The notes beneath the pieces were generated by a model. That model did not search any database. It saw only the letters and a list, made by a program, of their open reading frames with translations, and was not told where the DNA came from. This document shows positions 27,076 through 40,853 of a stretch of DNA of 64,000 nt, one piece after another. The position numbers and the translations under genes are program-made. Positions within the stretch are counted from its first letter, which is position 1. Each line of letters begins with the position of its first letter. The DNA comes from Pristiophorus japonicus (Eukaryota), in NCBI RefSeq assembly GCF_044704955.1, contig NC_091979.1, forward strand, positions 189,472,001 to 189,536,000. Direction: 5' to 3'.

Positions 27076-27769
27076 TAGCAAAGCATGGATGGCAAGTGTA
27101 ATTGAAATGTTGATTTTGTAAACTGTAACAACGATGTCAGAGCAATGTCTTAGCTGCAATTTGCAAAGTAAAAGCCTCCCTCCATCCTTCAACAGCAGGA
27201 TCTGAAATGCAGATGCTAACAATTTGGTGAAGTAGTTCTAGGATGTCTCAGTTTGTAAGCTGACACTGAAGGTAATGCTGTTGCAGACACAACCAGCCGT
27301 AACTAAAAAAAAAAGATGCTTCCCAGAAGGTAGATTTAAGTTGGCAAATTAAAACTTTTAAAAGATACAAAATGAAATGGGGAGGGAGTTCTCACCCAGT
27401 ACAGTAAACCTTTTACCAGGTTTGAATTTGCAAATTCAGGCCATGGGATAGGTGCATGTGTGTATCTACATGCTCAGCTGAAGAGTAGAGCAATGCACTC
27501 TTAAAGTACTCTTTGTATTTTGTAATTAACATAAGTCAAAGACTGAAGTTTATTCTGCCTAGTGAGGCCCATCGCTCCAATAATCTTAGCATCAACTTGT
27601 TTTTTTTGAATATCCCTAATGATTTACTCATTACTCGCCTGCTGGGCAGATTCTAAAAACATTTATCACTGAGTAAAGACATTATTCCACATCAGTTCTG
27701 AATTTCTTTCGCCAATTTCACAAAACTTATCCAGGACACCAAGGATAGTACCTTCTCCAACAGTCATCA

Positions 27770-28050
27770 CCTTAATTGTTGTCAAACTCCACTGGTTCCT
27801 GCGCACTCACGAATTGACTTCAAGTTCTTTGTCCTCATTTTAAAATTCTTCGACAGCTCTGTTCCAACAGATTAGCCTGACATTCTCCTCTCGTACATTT
27901 CCAGACACTTTAACACTGGATTATTGCTCACTTCCCCAATGAAGCCCACAGTCACTACACTCGTATTACCAGGTTCTCTCACAAAACCACACCTTCCACT
28001 CTTCACACCATCATTCACCTTCAAAAGGTCCTTAAAAAGCCTCCCTTCTG
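27770..28050 (+). mobile_element. L2 LINE 3' relic
   Basis: ctccactggttcctg..gaattgacttcaagttctttgtcctcattttaaa resembles the L2 C-terminus LHWLP..RIDFK. Confidence 0.55.
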
Positions 28051-28194
28051 ACTCGGTCTTTGGCCCTCCCCTTCTGTGTTTTCCTTTTCCCATTCCCCCA
28101 GAACTCAGTGTGCACTTTTGTGTCATCCAGTCCTACTTTCCTAGCTTACCATGCTGCTGCAGGAGGGCAGCAGCTGACTGCAGTGCAGGCAGGT

Positions 28195-28607
28195 ACAACA
28201 GGAGTGGTGAGGTCGGGGCGAAGGAGTGGCAAGAGTTCGTAGAGGGATGTGATCAGGGCCCAGGAGAGGCGAGAGTTCGGGATCCAGAAGAGGCGAGGGC
28301 CCATGGGCAGCACGGGCCAGCCCACACTGCGATGTGTGTGTGCACTAGGTCTGTGCAGCAGAGCTGGTCTCCAGTCATCTTGGTTAATCCTTGCCACTGG
28401 ACCAAGACCTAGCTCTATCAAGCCCATGTGGTGGGCTGGGGTGCAACGGCCACCACATGTTAAAAAAAATCCACGCACAGGCATCTTCCACCCTTCAATA
28501 TATTGATCCGGAATATTGGGCCCTTCATTGAAACACCTGTGAACTCATCTATTTTCGGCGTGGAAGCAAGTCATCCTCGTTTCGAGGGACTGCCCTATGA
28601 TGATGAT
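28195..28607 (+). mobile_element. Non-autonomous RTE-tailed SINE-like element
   Basis: 3' end ggaagcaagtcatcctcg..gagggactgccctatgatgatgat shared with RTE tails at 29760 and 45535; second copy at 59628-59970 (-). Confidence 0.82.
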
Positions 28608-28914
28608 AAGATCCTCATCCACCAGATCAGGTAGATTACACCGTGGAATAACTTCTCATCTGAACGGTGCCTCAAGCACTGCACTACCCCTCAGCACGAA
28701 GACGTCAGTACCAGGAAATGAATTCAAAAATTAACAATTGTCCTTCTCACATAATAGAAAGTTATACTGCTTTCCAAAGTGGATAACTATACAAGATACA
28801 AAACAAATTGGGATTAATCATGCATCTCAATATATTTTAGTAAAATCATAAAAATTATCCAGAAAAATCAGGTCATAAAACAGCAAAGGTTTAATCAAAA
28901 TATGCAGCACATAC

Positions 28915-28941
28915 CTTCAGCCATGGATTTGCTACAGGTTC
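28915..28941 (-). CDS. Candidate 27-nt exon of unidentified host gene (may contain start codon, ATG GCT GAA G)
   Basis: CTAAC branch point, T-rich tract, ttttctttag|GAACCTGTAGCAAATCCATGGCTGAAG|gtatgt. Confidence 0.62.
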
Positions 28942-29077
28942 CTAAAGAAAAAGTAAAAAAAAATGACAGTTAGCTTTCAATGTACAAACAGAAAAATAAA
29001 AATATGGCACAATCCCATTGTTGCTTAAAAGCTGAGCAGCACTATCTTTTTAAAAAAAAAAGAAAATGGTGATTATA

Positions 29078-29690
29078 TTATAGAATCATAGAAACTTCCA
29101 GCACAGGAGGAGGTCCTTTGGCACGCTGTGCTTGTACTGGCTCTTTGAAACAGCAATTGTGCTTGGTCACCACATGGCCAATTTTTGTCCTTAATCCTGC
29201 AAGTTCCACATCCCCAAGCACCTGTCCAACTCCCCTGTAAAATTATTTATGAAATCAGCTTCCATCACCTTTTCAGGTAGAGCGTTCCAGATTCCGAAAA
29301 CTCTGAAAAAATGTCGTCTCATCTCCCCCTTAGATCTTTTGTCAATGATATTAAATCTTTGACTTCTAGTTATTGACCCACTCACTAGAGGGAATAGTTT
29401 CTCTCTATTTACTCTCATCTAAACCTCTCATCTTCTTGAAAACCTCTATTAGGTCACCTCTTAACCTTTTCTGTTCCAAGAAGAAGTCCTAACTTTTCCA
29501 CTTCTCCTCATAACTCAAGTCCCTCATCCCTGGTAACATTGTGGTAAACCTCCTCTGTACCCTTTCTAAGGCCTTTACATCTTTCCTTAAGTATGGTGCC
29601 CAGAACTGTCCACAATGCTCCAGCTGAGCTCTAACCAGTTATAAAGTTCTAGCAAGATCTTTTTGTTTTTATACTCTATTCCTCTATTTA
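29078..29690 (-). mobile_element. Old CR1 3' end
   Basis: atagaatcatagaa tail; ORF 29191..29418 with FFRVFGIWNALP. Confidence 0.85.
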
Positions 29691-29757
29691 TACTTTGCTG
29701 GTTTTAAGGACTGTATAATAAATATTGCAGTTGTCATTTAAGTGTATAGCTCTACAT

Positions 29758-30237
29758 ATCATCATCATCATCCTAGGCAGTCCCTCAGAATCGAGGAAGA
29801 CTTGCTTCCACTCTTAGCATGAGTTCTTAGGTGCTGTTTTGTCCAATACGAGAACCACAGTCTCGGTCACAGGTGGGACAAACAGTCGTCGAGGGAAGGG
29901 GTGGGTGGGACTGGTTTACCACACGCTCTTTCCGCTGCCTGCGCTTCATTTCTGCATGCTCTCGACGACGAGACTCGAGGTGCTCAGCACCCTCCTGAAT
30001 GCACTTCCTCCACTTAGGGCGGTCTTTGGCCAGGGACTCCCAGATGTCAGTGGGGATGTTGCACTTCATCAGGGAGGCTTTGTGGGTGTCCTTGTAACGT
30101 TTCCACTGCTCTCCTTTGGCTCTTTTGCCGTGAAGGAGTTCCAAGTAGACTGCTTGCTTTGGGAGTCTCGTGACTAGCATGCGAACTACGTAGGCTTCCC
30201 AGCGGAGCTGGTGAAGTGTGGTCAGTGCTTCAATGCT
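29758..30237 (-). mobile_element. RTE LINE 3' end
   Basis: (ATC)n tail; RLPKQ..YLEL..GKR, CPTCDRDC zinc knuckle. Confidence 0.92.
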
Positions 30238-30521
30238 CTACATATAAAGCAATATACACAACTTTTTAAGTTTAAAAAAAAGACCAAGTCACATGAACGT
30301 TTATTTTAGACCCAGGAATAGTCTCAACCATGATAGGTAATGTGATCTCATTTTTATGTTCTAGGTTGTCCTCCCTCATCGAATAGAACATAGATTATAG
30401 CAAGTATGCTGCATGTAGAGGCAGATACTAAAATGAGTTTTAGCAAACAACTTGAAACATTCAACTGAAAAGTTGAGAATTTTACATTAATAAGCTACAG
30501 TGTTCAATTTGTAAGCACTAA

Positions 30522-31583
30522 GGGCCCAAGTTTCCACATGATTTGCGCCAGATTTTTTAGGAGCAACTGGTGGAGAACAGATTATCTTAGAAATCGCAAT
30601 TCTCCACATTTTTTTTCTGCAGTTCTAGTCAGGTAGAACAGTTCCGCTTTGGAACAGAATTTTTTCTTCAAAAGGGGGCGTGTCCGGCCACTGACGCCTG
30701 ATTTCAAAGTTTCCACAGTGAAAACGTACTCCAAACTAAAGTAGAATGGAGCAAGTGAAGATTTTTGTAGAACTGAAAAAACCTGTTCTACACATTAAAA
30801 AATCAGGCGCAGGTTACAAATTAGGCGTCCAGAACGAGGTGGGGGGGGGGGGGGGGGGAGGGGAACTCATTAAATTCTACAATAAATCCTTATTTATACT
30901 TCTACAAATATTATACAAATAAATCCAACCTGAAGAAACATTTATAAACAACGAAAAGGTTAAATAAACCATCTTCCTACCTGTGTGAAAGTGCTTCAGG
31001 CACGGAGAATTCTGTAGTCAGCCTGAGGCGTCCGTTCTTCCCGAGTGGGGAAGAGAAGAGGCGCCCGTTCTGCCCGCAGGGGGGGGGGGGGGGGGTCTCC
31101 CATTCTTTCCCGCGAGGGGAGGGGAGAGGCGCCCGTTCTGCCCGCGGGGGGGGGGGAAAGAGAGAGGCGCCCGTTCTTTCCCGGGGGGGGGGGAGAAAGA
31201 GAGGAGGAGACAGTGAGAAGGCTACAAGTGCTGATGGCAATGTGCTTTTATTAAAATAATGTTCAAAAATTAAACAGCTACAAAGAACTACAAAAATGGC
31301 CGAGTGCCAATGTTTTTTTCACACTGAGCATGCGCGAACGCTCCAACGCACACGCGCAGCGTTGCCGGCAGGAAAAAAACTAATTTAAATAGTACCCGCC
31401 CCCTCCCACTTACAAAATCGACGCAAGTGTAGGCTCCGCCCCCTGGGCGCCGCGCCAGGCAAACAAGGAGCTGCAGAACGCTCCAGAATCGCGATTTTCT
31501 TTTTTAGGCGCCGTTTTAGGCGCGAAAAACGGGCGCTCAGCTCGGAGGGGCGCCCGTTTTTTATCGTGTGGAAACTTGGGCCC
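30522..31583. mobile_element. Harbinger-type MITE, family A copy
   Basis: TIR gggcccaagtttccaca / tgtggaaacttgggccc; flanks taa/tat; left arm nearly identical to 2914-3380. Confidence 0.9.
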
Positions 31584-34149
31584 TATATTTCTACTTTGCT
31601 ATATTATTTATTTTCCTTCATCATAAATGATTTTTTTCAGTATTGAGCTTTAACCATTGATTTAAAAATGTTTATTTTATGAAAGAATAACAAATGGGAT
31701 CAATTACTTATACACTAGCAGAACTCATGATGAGTTGGCAGATACACTGTTTGTAATGATAGGAAGGTTTATGCCCCTGATTTGCGATGATTGAACAAAT
31801 ACAATTTAGTTTTTATTACATTGGTATTCTGGTACTTTGGAGATCGAATTCCTCGAGTCTATCTATTGTTCACTGAATATTGTAAATGAGCTGTCTTTAT
31901 TTTATATTTAGCCGTGAGAGGTGGCGAGGGAGAGGGAATTCGAGCTGCACTGGGGAGACAGTTCTGGGCTTTGCTAGCACGAGCTGACGGAACAAAACTG
32001 TGGTGGGGTTTTGGAGTTCGGCACTGTAGTCTGACACCACTACAGAGAGAGAATCCGAGGTTCAATAAGATATGCAATGTGGGGGTTCAGCTCACTGGTG
32101 GAATGATAGCGTCTTATCAGCAATGAGGGGATGGCAAGGGCATGGACCTGACAGCACTGGTTTATACGTTTCTAAGACATCTCTGCAAACACAAGAGTTC
32201 AGTGTTTTGTGATTGGTTTCTGGGCAGGTGTCTTTCTCAGTCTCATAAGTTGTCTTATATCTGTCATGCATTATATTTAACAGGTGAACCTTTTTCTTTT
32301 TCAAGAGCTTTCAAAATTCAATTCTACTGAAAAGCACACTTTACCATGAAGAAAAACATTGTCTCTCAACTTGATATTCTTTGATGTAAAAATGAGTGGC
32401 ATGTATTTTAATATTTAGTTAAGAACCTACTCAAATTCATTGTCACTTAGTTTGTATTCAAATCATTTTCAAAAACAGAAATTGCAACGCCTATTCACTG
32501 ATACACATTTGTTCCCTCCGTAGGAAAGTCAAATTGTACAAGTTGAAGACAAACAAAAGCTGCAATAGGAGCGCAAACAGTAGTCGATCACCTTTGTGAA
32601 GTGGGTCTTCTGCTCTTTCACACCCATCCCTTCTCGATTTAAAAACTAGTCAAAATAATTGTGATCAGAATGAAGTTACTGAACAATTTCTAAATTTGTT
32701 CAAATCATTTTGAAAAATAACTAACATATTATTAGAGGCTGAAGAAAAGTATTCCATCAGTTAGGCGAATTAAATGCTACTGATGCACCCTGGAAAACGG
32801 TTTAGACTACAGGATCTGTCCAGCTAAAAGTCTCTATTCCTTCTATTCAAAGATAAATTTCTTCATAAATTTCTAACATAAATCAGAGTAAAAGGCAGAA
32901 CAAGTACTGAGCAGGTCTAGCATGTCAAGACGTGCCTGCAGCATGATGTAATTCTGAGGCAGCCAACACTGAAAACACTTAGTGGCAGATTTGGGAAGCC
33001 TACAGAAAAGGAATCTTCTCTGTTTTTGGGTGTGAGGAAACAAGTAACGTTTGTATTTGCCAGTGGCATTGAATGGATAAGACCAATACACTGGGAGTGA
33101 ACAGCATTGCAGTAATGTAAACATTGCTTTTGAATCTCACTTAGTAACTGGTGCCTCATCAATTCCAGGAACAGAAGCATTCAGTTGCTAGACACAGGTT
33201 GTGAATTCCTAACAGTTGTCATCCATGATTCCAAATAGTGTTCCTTTGGGTTGGGTGGGTGAATAAGGCAATTTGAGAGGAATCTGGTTTAGAATGTCAC
33301 ATATTTCCCAATTGGAAAAAGAAGCCAGAAAACATAACTGTTAGCTTATCTACAAAACTATGTCCAACAATACATCAGTGTTTTATTCAGAATGCCTGCA
33401 ATTATTGAACTACGATTGGCCACGACAACTTGGGCTGGTGAGTTAACATATGTTCTGTAAAACCCTACTTGGGTCATAGTTTCCAAAATTGCATTGAGGG
33501 CTAGTTAAATAATCAGGGCAATATATGAACTCCATTATCCACTTTTTTGTGAAAGGCAGATCAGTCCCAGTTACTGTAGGGGTGAGTTAGCTGTGAGTAA
33601 TACTTAGTTTGCAAATGATTAACTAACAATTCTCAAACAATGCCAGCGCAGACTTATACTGAAAGTATCCAAATAAGATGATACAGTATCTTGCAAAGTT
33701 GCATACCTGTTAAAACTGTCCTTGGTATAATTAACGAGAGTCATTAGTTAAACAGATAAATGCAACAATTTTTTTTACAAAAAGGAACATAGAAATGAGC
33801 AGCACCCTGCAAGATACCCAGGTACCTACCTGACAACATCATACAGAATTCTAGACATTCTCACAGCTACCCACCAAGCCTCAAGTTACAAACTCCTACC
33901 ACATTGACACCATGCTAAATTAACTCTCAACATATATAGACCTTTTAGAAATATATAGCATCTTGGATTCACTATGGTGCAACTGGTAAATTGGATGTGT
34001 AACTTTCTCAAAATGTGCACTCATAACCAAATGATAATTGAATATTAGTCTTCTCAACACCTGTGAAGAATTTCTCAGGCAAACATGCTTGGTCACTCTG
34101 TTTCCAATCTTTTTTTTGAATTACCTGGTTGGTCTCATCAAAAGTGACA

Positions 34150-34900
34150 ATATTTCCCAAGTCATGTCTTTTTTAAGGAACACACAACTTTTTAAGTCCT
34201 AATTTTTCGGGACATATTGCATCTTAAGTAATCTGCTCTAGGCCTTCACAATGTTGCTTTGAGCTAGCTGTCAGGAGGTGAAATGGTGATTTGGAAGCGA
34301 CCAGCCCTTTGAATTTGCCATATCACAGTAATGTGACTGAGAACTCACTGGTATGGGGGAATTTTTGACCTCCATTACTGTGAGCTGGTACTCCAAAATA
34401 CACAACACCTCGGAGGATGGTATTAATTTTCCATTGGACAGACAGTAATGACTAAACCACTGCAAGCAAATGGAGGTGAAACTGGTCTGTCGACAGTCAA
34501 ATGGGGCTTTATGCTCAGTGTTGAGATAAAAACCCTCGAGAAAGACTGACTTGAAGCTGCCAATCATATCTACTGAAGAGTTGCAAATCCTTTAGTTATA
34601 AAATTTCAAGTGTTTGAGGAAAATAAGAGAAAATGGCAAAAAAAAAGCTAGGGCTAAAATCCTCAAGAAAGCTTTGCCTCATTTGATACCATCAGCAATT
34701 TCAGCGTATTATAAAGCCTGTATCTGCCCAGTGATGGAATATTGTACTCCTCTGTCAAGGTACAAAGAAAATAATTCTTACTAGTAAAGCCCAAAGCCAG
34801 ACCTGTGACTTTGGGAAGAACAGCTTATTCTATTAACTAACAATACAGTCGCAAGATTAACAAGCAAGGAGATAAACAAAGATTATCTGCACTGAGTCCA
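34150..34900 (+). mobile_element. Ancient CR1/Crack-like LINE RT relic
   Basis: Translates YKACICPVMEYCTPL near 34710-34755; otherwise broken. Confidence 0.5.
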
Positions 34901-35250
34901 GAACTCCAAATTTAAGTATTACATCAGCTACATTTCAACATTTTGGGCATAAATATTTTCCTGCTTGTTGAATACTCTCCTAGAAAGTGACATCGCTGGA
35001 AATTCTGCCATTAAGTAAAATATTCAAATGCTTCACCAGAATTGTTGTAGCATGCATCAGACTATGGAAAACCTAATTTTCCCTCTGGTAACCCTTTCCA
35101 GAAGTCTTTCCCATGTTTCCAAGCACCAATGGGATGAAGCACCTTGGTCTTACATTACCTAATGCAAAAAACAAAAACAGAAGAGGGGTGTAACTTAAGT
35201 TTACAACTGACCAGAACATTGCTAGTGGTAGGACAAAACCATGACTGTGT

Positions 35251-38200
35251 CACAGAAACATAGAAAATAGGTGCAGGAGTAGGCCATTTGGCCCTTCGAG
35301 CCTGCACCACCAAGCAATATGATCATGGCTGATCAGATCATGCAACTTCAGTACCCCATTCCTGCTTTCTCTCCATACTCCTTGATCCCTTTAGCCGTAA
35401 GGGCCACATCGAACTCCCTTTTCAATATATCTAACGAACTGGCCTCAACAACTTTCTGTGGTAGAGAATTCCACAGGTTCACAATTCTCTGGGTGAAGAA
35501 GTTTCTCCTCATCAGTCCGAAATGGCTTACCACTCATCTTTAGACGGTGACCCCTGGTTCTGGACTTTCCCAACATCAGGAACATTCTTCCTGCATCTAA
35601 CCTGTCCAATCCCATCAGAATTTTATATGTTTCAATGAGATTCTCTCTCATTCTTCTAAATTCCAGTGAATATAAGCCAAGTCGACCCAGACTTTCTTCA
35701 TATGTCAGTCCTGCCATCCCGGGAATCAGTCTGGTGAATCTTTGCTGCACTCCCTCAATAGCAAGAAATTCCTTCCTCAGATTAGGAGACCAAAGCTTTA
35801 CACAATATTCAAGGTGAGGCCTCACCAAGGCCCTGTGCAACTGCAGTATGACCTCCCTGCTCCTATACTTAAATCCTCTCGCTATGAAGGCCAACATGCC
35901 ATTTGCCTTCTTCACTGCCTGCTGTACCTGCATGCCAACTTTCAAAGACTGATGTACCATGACACCCAGGTCTTGTTGCACCTCCCCTTTTCTTAATCGG
36001 TCACCATTCAGATAATATTCTGCCTTCCTGTTTTTGCCACCAAAGTGGATAACCTCACATTCCAAAGGGCAGAAAACGCTAGTGGGAGTTGTGTATAGAC
36101 CACCAAATAGTAGTAGTGAGGTTGGGGACAGCATCAAACAAGAAATAAGGGATGTGTGCAATAAAGGTACAGCAGTAATCATGGGCAACTTTAATCTACA
36201 TGTTGATTGGGCTAACCTAACTGGTAGCAATGCGGTGGAGGAGAATTTCCTGGAGTGTATTAGGGATGGTTTTCTGGACCAATATGTCGATGAACCAACC
36301 TGAGAACTGGCCATCCTAGACTGGGTGATGTGTAATGAGAAGGGACTAATTAGCAATCTTCTTGTGCGAGGCCCCTTGGGGAAAAGTGACCATAATATGG
36401 TAGAATTCCTTATTAAGATGGAGGGTGACAAAGTTAATTCGGAAACTAGGGTCTTGAACTTAAGGAAAGCTAACTTCGACGTTATGAGACGTGAATTGGC
36501 TAGAATAGACTGGCAAAGGATACTCAAAGGGTTGACGGTGGATCAGCAGTGGCAAACATTTAAAGATCACATGGATGAACTTTAGCAATTGTTCATCCCT
36601 GTCTGGAGTAAAAATAAAATGGGGAAGGTGGCTCAACCCTGGCTAACAAGGGAAATTAAGGATCGTGTTAAAACCAAGGAAGAGGCATATAAATTGGCTA
36701 GAAAAAGCAACAAACCTGAGGACTGGGAGAAATATAGAATTCAAAAGAGGAGGACTAAGGGTTTAATTAGGAGGGGGAAAATAGAGTATGAGAGGAAGCT
36801 TGCTAAGAACATAAAAACTGACTGCAAAAGATTCTATAAATATGGGAAGAGAAAAAGATTAGTAAAGACAACGTAGATCCCTTGCAGTCGGATTCAGGTG
36901 AATTTATAATGGGGAACAAAGAAATGGCAGACCAATTGAACCAATACTTCGGTTCCGTCTTCACAAAGGAAGATACAAATAACCTTCCGAAGGTACTAGG
37001 GGACAGTGAGTCTAGTGAGAAGGAGGAACTGAAGGATATCCTTATTAGGCGGGAAATTGATGGGATTGAAGTCTGATAAATCCCCGGATCCTGATAGTCT
37101 GCATCCCAGAGTACTCAAGGAAGTGGCCCTAGAAATAGTGGGTGCATTGGTAATCATTTTCCAACAGTCTGTCGACTTTGGATCAGTTCCGATGGACTGG
37201 AGGGTAGCTAATGTAACACCACTTTTTTTAAAAAGGAGGGAGAGAAAACGTGTAATTATAGACCTGACATCAGTAGTGGGGAAAATGTTGGAATCAATCA
37301 TTAAGGATGAAATAGCAGCGCATTTGGAAAGCAGTGACAGGATCGGACCAAATCAGCATGGATTTATGAAGGGGAAATCATGCTTGACGAATCTTCTGGA
37401 ATTTTCTGAGGATGCAACTAGCAGAGTGGACAAGGGAGAACCAGTAGATGTGGTGTATTTGGACTTTCAAAAGGCTTTTGACAAGGTCCCGCACAAGAGA
37501 TTGGTGTGCAAAATCAAAGCACATGATATTGGGGCTAATATACTGACGTGGATAGGGAACTGGTTGGCAGACAGGAAGCAGAGAGTCGGGATAAACGGGT
37601 CCTTTTCAGAATGGCAGGCAGTGACTCGTGGAGTGCCACGGGGCTGAGTGCCGGGACCCCAGCTCTTTACAATGTACATTAATGGTATCGAAGAAGGAAG
37701 AGAGCGTAATATCTCTAAGTTTGCAGATGACACTAAACTGGGTGGCGGTGTGAGCTGTGAGGAGGATGCTAAGAGGCTGCAGGGTGACTTGGATAGATTA
37801 AGTGAGTGGGCAAATACATGGCAGATGCAGTATAATGTGGATAAATGTGAGGTTATCCATTTTGGGGGCAAAAACACAAAGACAGAATATTATCTGAATG
37901 GCAGCAGATTAGGAAAAGGGGAAGTGCAACGAGACCTGGGTGTCATGGTTCATCAGTCACTGAAAGTGGGCATGCAGGTACAGCAGGCGGTAAAGGCAGC
38001 CAATGGTATGTTGGCCTTCATAGCTAGGGTATTTGAATATAGAAGCAGGGAGGTCTTAATGCAGCTGTACAGGGCCTTAGTGAGGCCTCATCTGGAATAT
38101 TGTGTTCAGTTTTGGTCTCCTAGTCTGAGGAAGGACGCTCTTGCTATTGAGGGAGTGCAGCGAAGGTTCACCAGACTGATTTAAGGGATGGCTGGGCTGT

Positions 38201-40853
38201 CATATGAGGAGAGACTGGATCAACAGGGCCTTTATTCACTGGCGTTTAGAAGGATAAGAGGGGATCTCATAGAAAAGTACAAGATTCTGATGGGACTGGA
38301 CAGGATAGATGCAGGAAGAATGTTCACGATGTTGGGGACATAGTCTTAGGATAAGGGGAAGGCCATTTAGGACTGAGATGAGGAGAAACTTCTTCACTCA
38401 GAGTTGTTAACCTGTGGAATTCCCTGCCACAGAGTTGTTGATGCCAGTTCACTGGTTATATTCAAGAGGGAGTTAGATATGGCCCTTACGGTTAAGGTGA
38501 TCAAGGGGTATGGAGAGAAAGCAAGAAAGGGGTATTGAAGGAATGATCAGCCATGATCTTATTGAATGGTGGTGAAGGCTCGAAGGGCTGAATGGCCTAC
38601 TCCAGCACCTATTTTCTATGTTTCTATGTTATCTACATCATACTGCATCTGCCATGCATTTGCCCACTCACCTAACCTGCCAAGTCACCCTGCAACCTCT
38701 TAGCATCCTCCTCACAGCTCACACTGCCACCCAGCTTAGTGACATCTGCAAACTTGGAGATATTGCATTCAATTCCTTTGTCTAAATCATTAATGTATAT
38801 TGTAAATAGGAGTCCCAGCACTGAACCTGCTAGTCACTGACTGCCATTTGAAAAGGACCCGTTTATTCCTACTCTTTGCTTACTGTCTGCCAACCAGTTC
38901 TCTATCCACATCAATACATTACCCCCAATACCATGTGCACACTAATCTCTTGTATGGGACCTTGTCAAAAGCCTTTTGAAAGTCCAAATACACCACATCC
39001 ACTGCTTCTCCCTTGTCCACTCTACCAGTTACATCCTCAAAAAATTCTAGAAGATTTGTCAAGCATGATTTCCCTTTCATAAATCCATGCTGACTTGGAC
39101 TGATCCTGTCACTGCTTTCCAAATGCGCTGCTATTACATCTTTAATAATTGATTCCAACATTTTCTCCACTACTGAGGTCAGGCTAACTGGTCTATAATT
39201 CCCGGTTTTCTCTCTCCCTCCTTTTTTAAAAGTGGAGTTACATTAGCTACCCTCAGTCCATAGGAACTGATCCAGAGTCTATAGAATGTTGGAAAATGAC
39301 ACCAATGCATCCACTATTTCTCGGGCCACTTCCTTTAGTACTCTGAGATGCAGACTATCAGGCCCTGGGGATTTATCGGCCTTCAATCCCATCAATTTCC
39401 CTAGCACAATTTCCTGACTAATAAGGATTACCTTCAGTTCCTCCTTCTCACTAGACCCTCGGTCCCCTAATATTTCCGGAAGGTTATTTGTGTCTTCCTT
39501 AGTGAAGACAGAACCAAGTATTTGTTCAATTGGTCTGCCATTTCTTTGTTCCCCATTATAAATTCACCTGATTCTATCTTCACTAATCTTTTTCTCTTCA
39601 CATATCTATAGAAGCTTTTGCAGTCAGTTTTTATGTTCCCTACAAGTTTACTCTCATACTCTATTTTCCCCCTCTTAATTAAACCCTTTGTGCTCCTCTG
39701 CTGAAGTCTGAATTTCTCCCAGTCCTCAGGTTTTCTACTTTTTCTGGCCAATTTATATGCCTCTTCCTTGGATTTAACACTATCCCTAATTTCCCTTGTT
39801 AGCCACGGTTGAGCCACCTTCCCAGTTTTATTTTTATACCAGACAGGGATGTACAATTTTTGAAGTTCATCCATGTGATCCTTAAATGTCTGCCATTGTC
39901 TATCCACCGTCAACCCTTTAAGTATCATTCGCCAGTCTATCCTAGCCAATTCAAGTCTCATACCATCGAAGTTACCTTTCTTTAACCTCAGGACCCTAAT
40001 CTCTGAATTAACTATGTCACTCTCCAATCTTAATGAAGAATTCTACCATATTATGGTCACTCTTCCCTAAGGAGCCTCGCACAACAAACCGCTAATTAAT
40101 CCTCTCTCATTACACAACACCCAGTCTCGGATGGCCAGCTCGCTAGTTGGTTCCTTGACATATTGGTCTCGAAAACCATCCCTTGTACACGCCAGGATAT
40201 CCTCCTCCACCGTATTGCTACCAGTTTGGTTAGCCCAATCTATATGTAGATTAAAGTCACCCATGATAACTGCTGTAACTTTATTGCACGCATCCCTAAT
40301 TTCCTGTTTGATACCACCCCCAACCTCACTACTACTGTTTGGTGGTCTGTACACAACTCCCACTAGCGTTTTCTGCCCTTTGGTATTCCGCAGCTCTACC
40401 CATACAGATTCCACATCATCCAAGCTAATGTCCTTTCTTACTATTGCGTTAATCTCCTCTTTAACCAGCAACTCTACCCCACCTCCTATTCCTTTCTGTC
40501 TAATCCTTCCTGAATACTGAATACCCCTGGATGTTGAGTTCCCAGCCATGGTCACCCTGGAGCCATGTCTCCGTAATCCCAATTCCATCATATTCGTTAA
40601 CAGCTATCTGCGCAGTTAATTCATCCACCTTATTATGAATGCTCCTCTCATTGAGACACAGAGCCTTCAGGCTTGTTTTTTTAACACTCTTTGTCCTTTT
40701 AGAATTATGTTGTAATGTGGCACTTTTTGATTTTTGCCTTTGATCTCTCTGCCCTCCACTTTTCCTTATCTCCTCTCCACCCTTTGCTTCTGCCCCCATT
40801 TTACTTCCCTCTGTCTCCCTGCATAGATTCCCATTCCCTGCCATATTAGTTTG
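35251..40853 (-). mobile_element. CR1 LINE with near-complete ORF2, interrupted by 36061-38628
   Basis: Tail at 35251; break at gataacctcacat|(insert)|ttatctacat; EN start LKALCLNERSIHNK near 40600-40670. Confidence 0.93.
36061..38628 (+). mobile_element. CR1 LINE, 5'-truncated, inserted antisense into another CR1
   Basis: VYRPPN, SDHN, YLDFQKAFDKV, KFADD, ttctatgtttctatg tail. Confidence 0.94.

Noticed and set aside
35445-36527. 360-aa chimeric ORF
   Set aside because: Read-through across the junction of two oppositely oriented CR1 copies.
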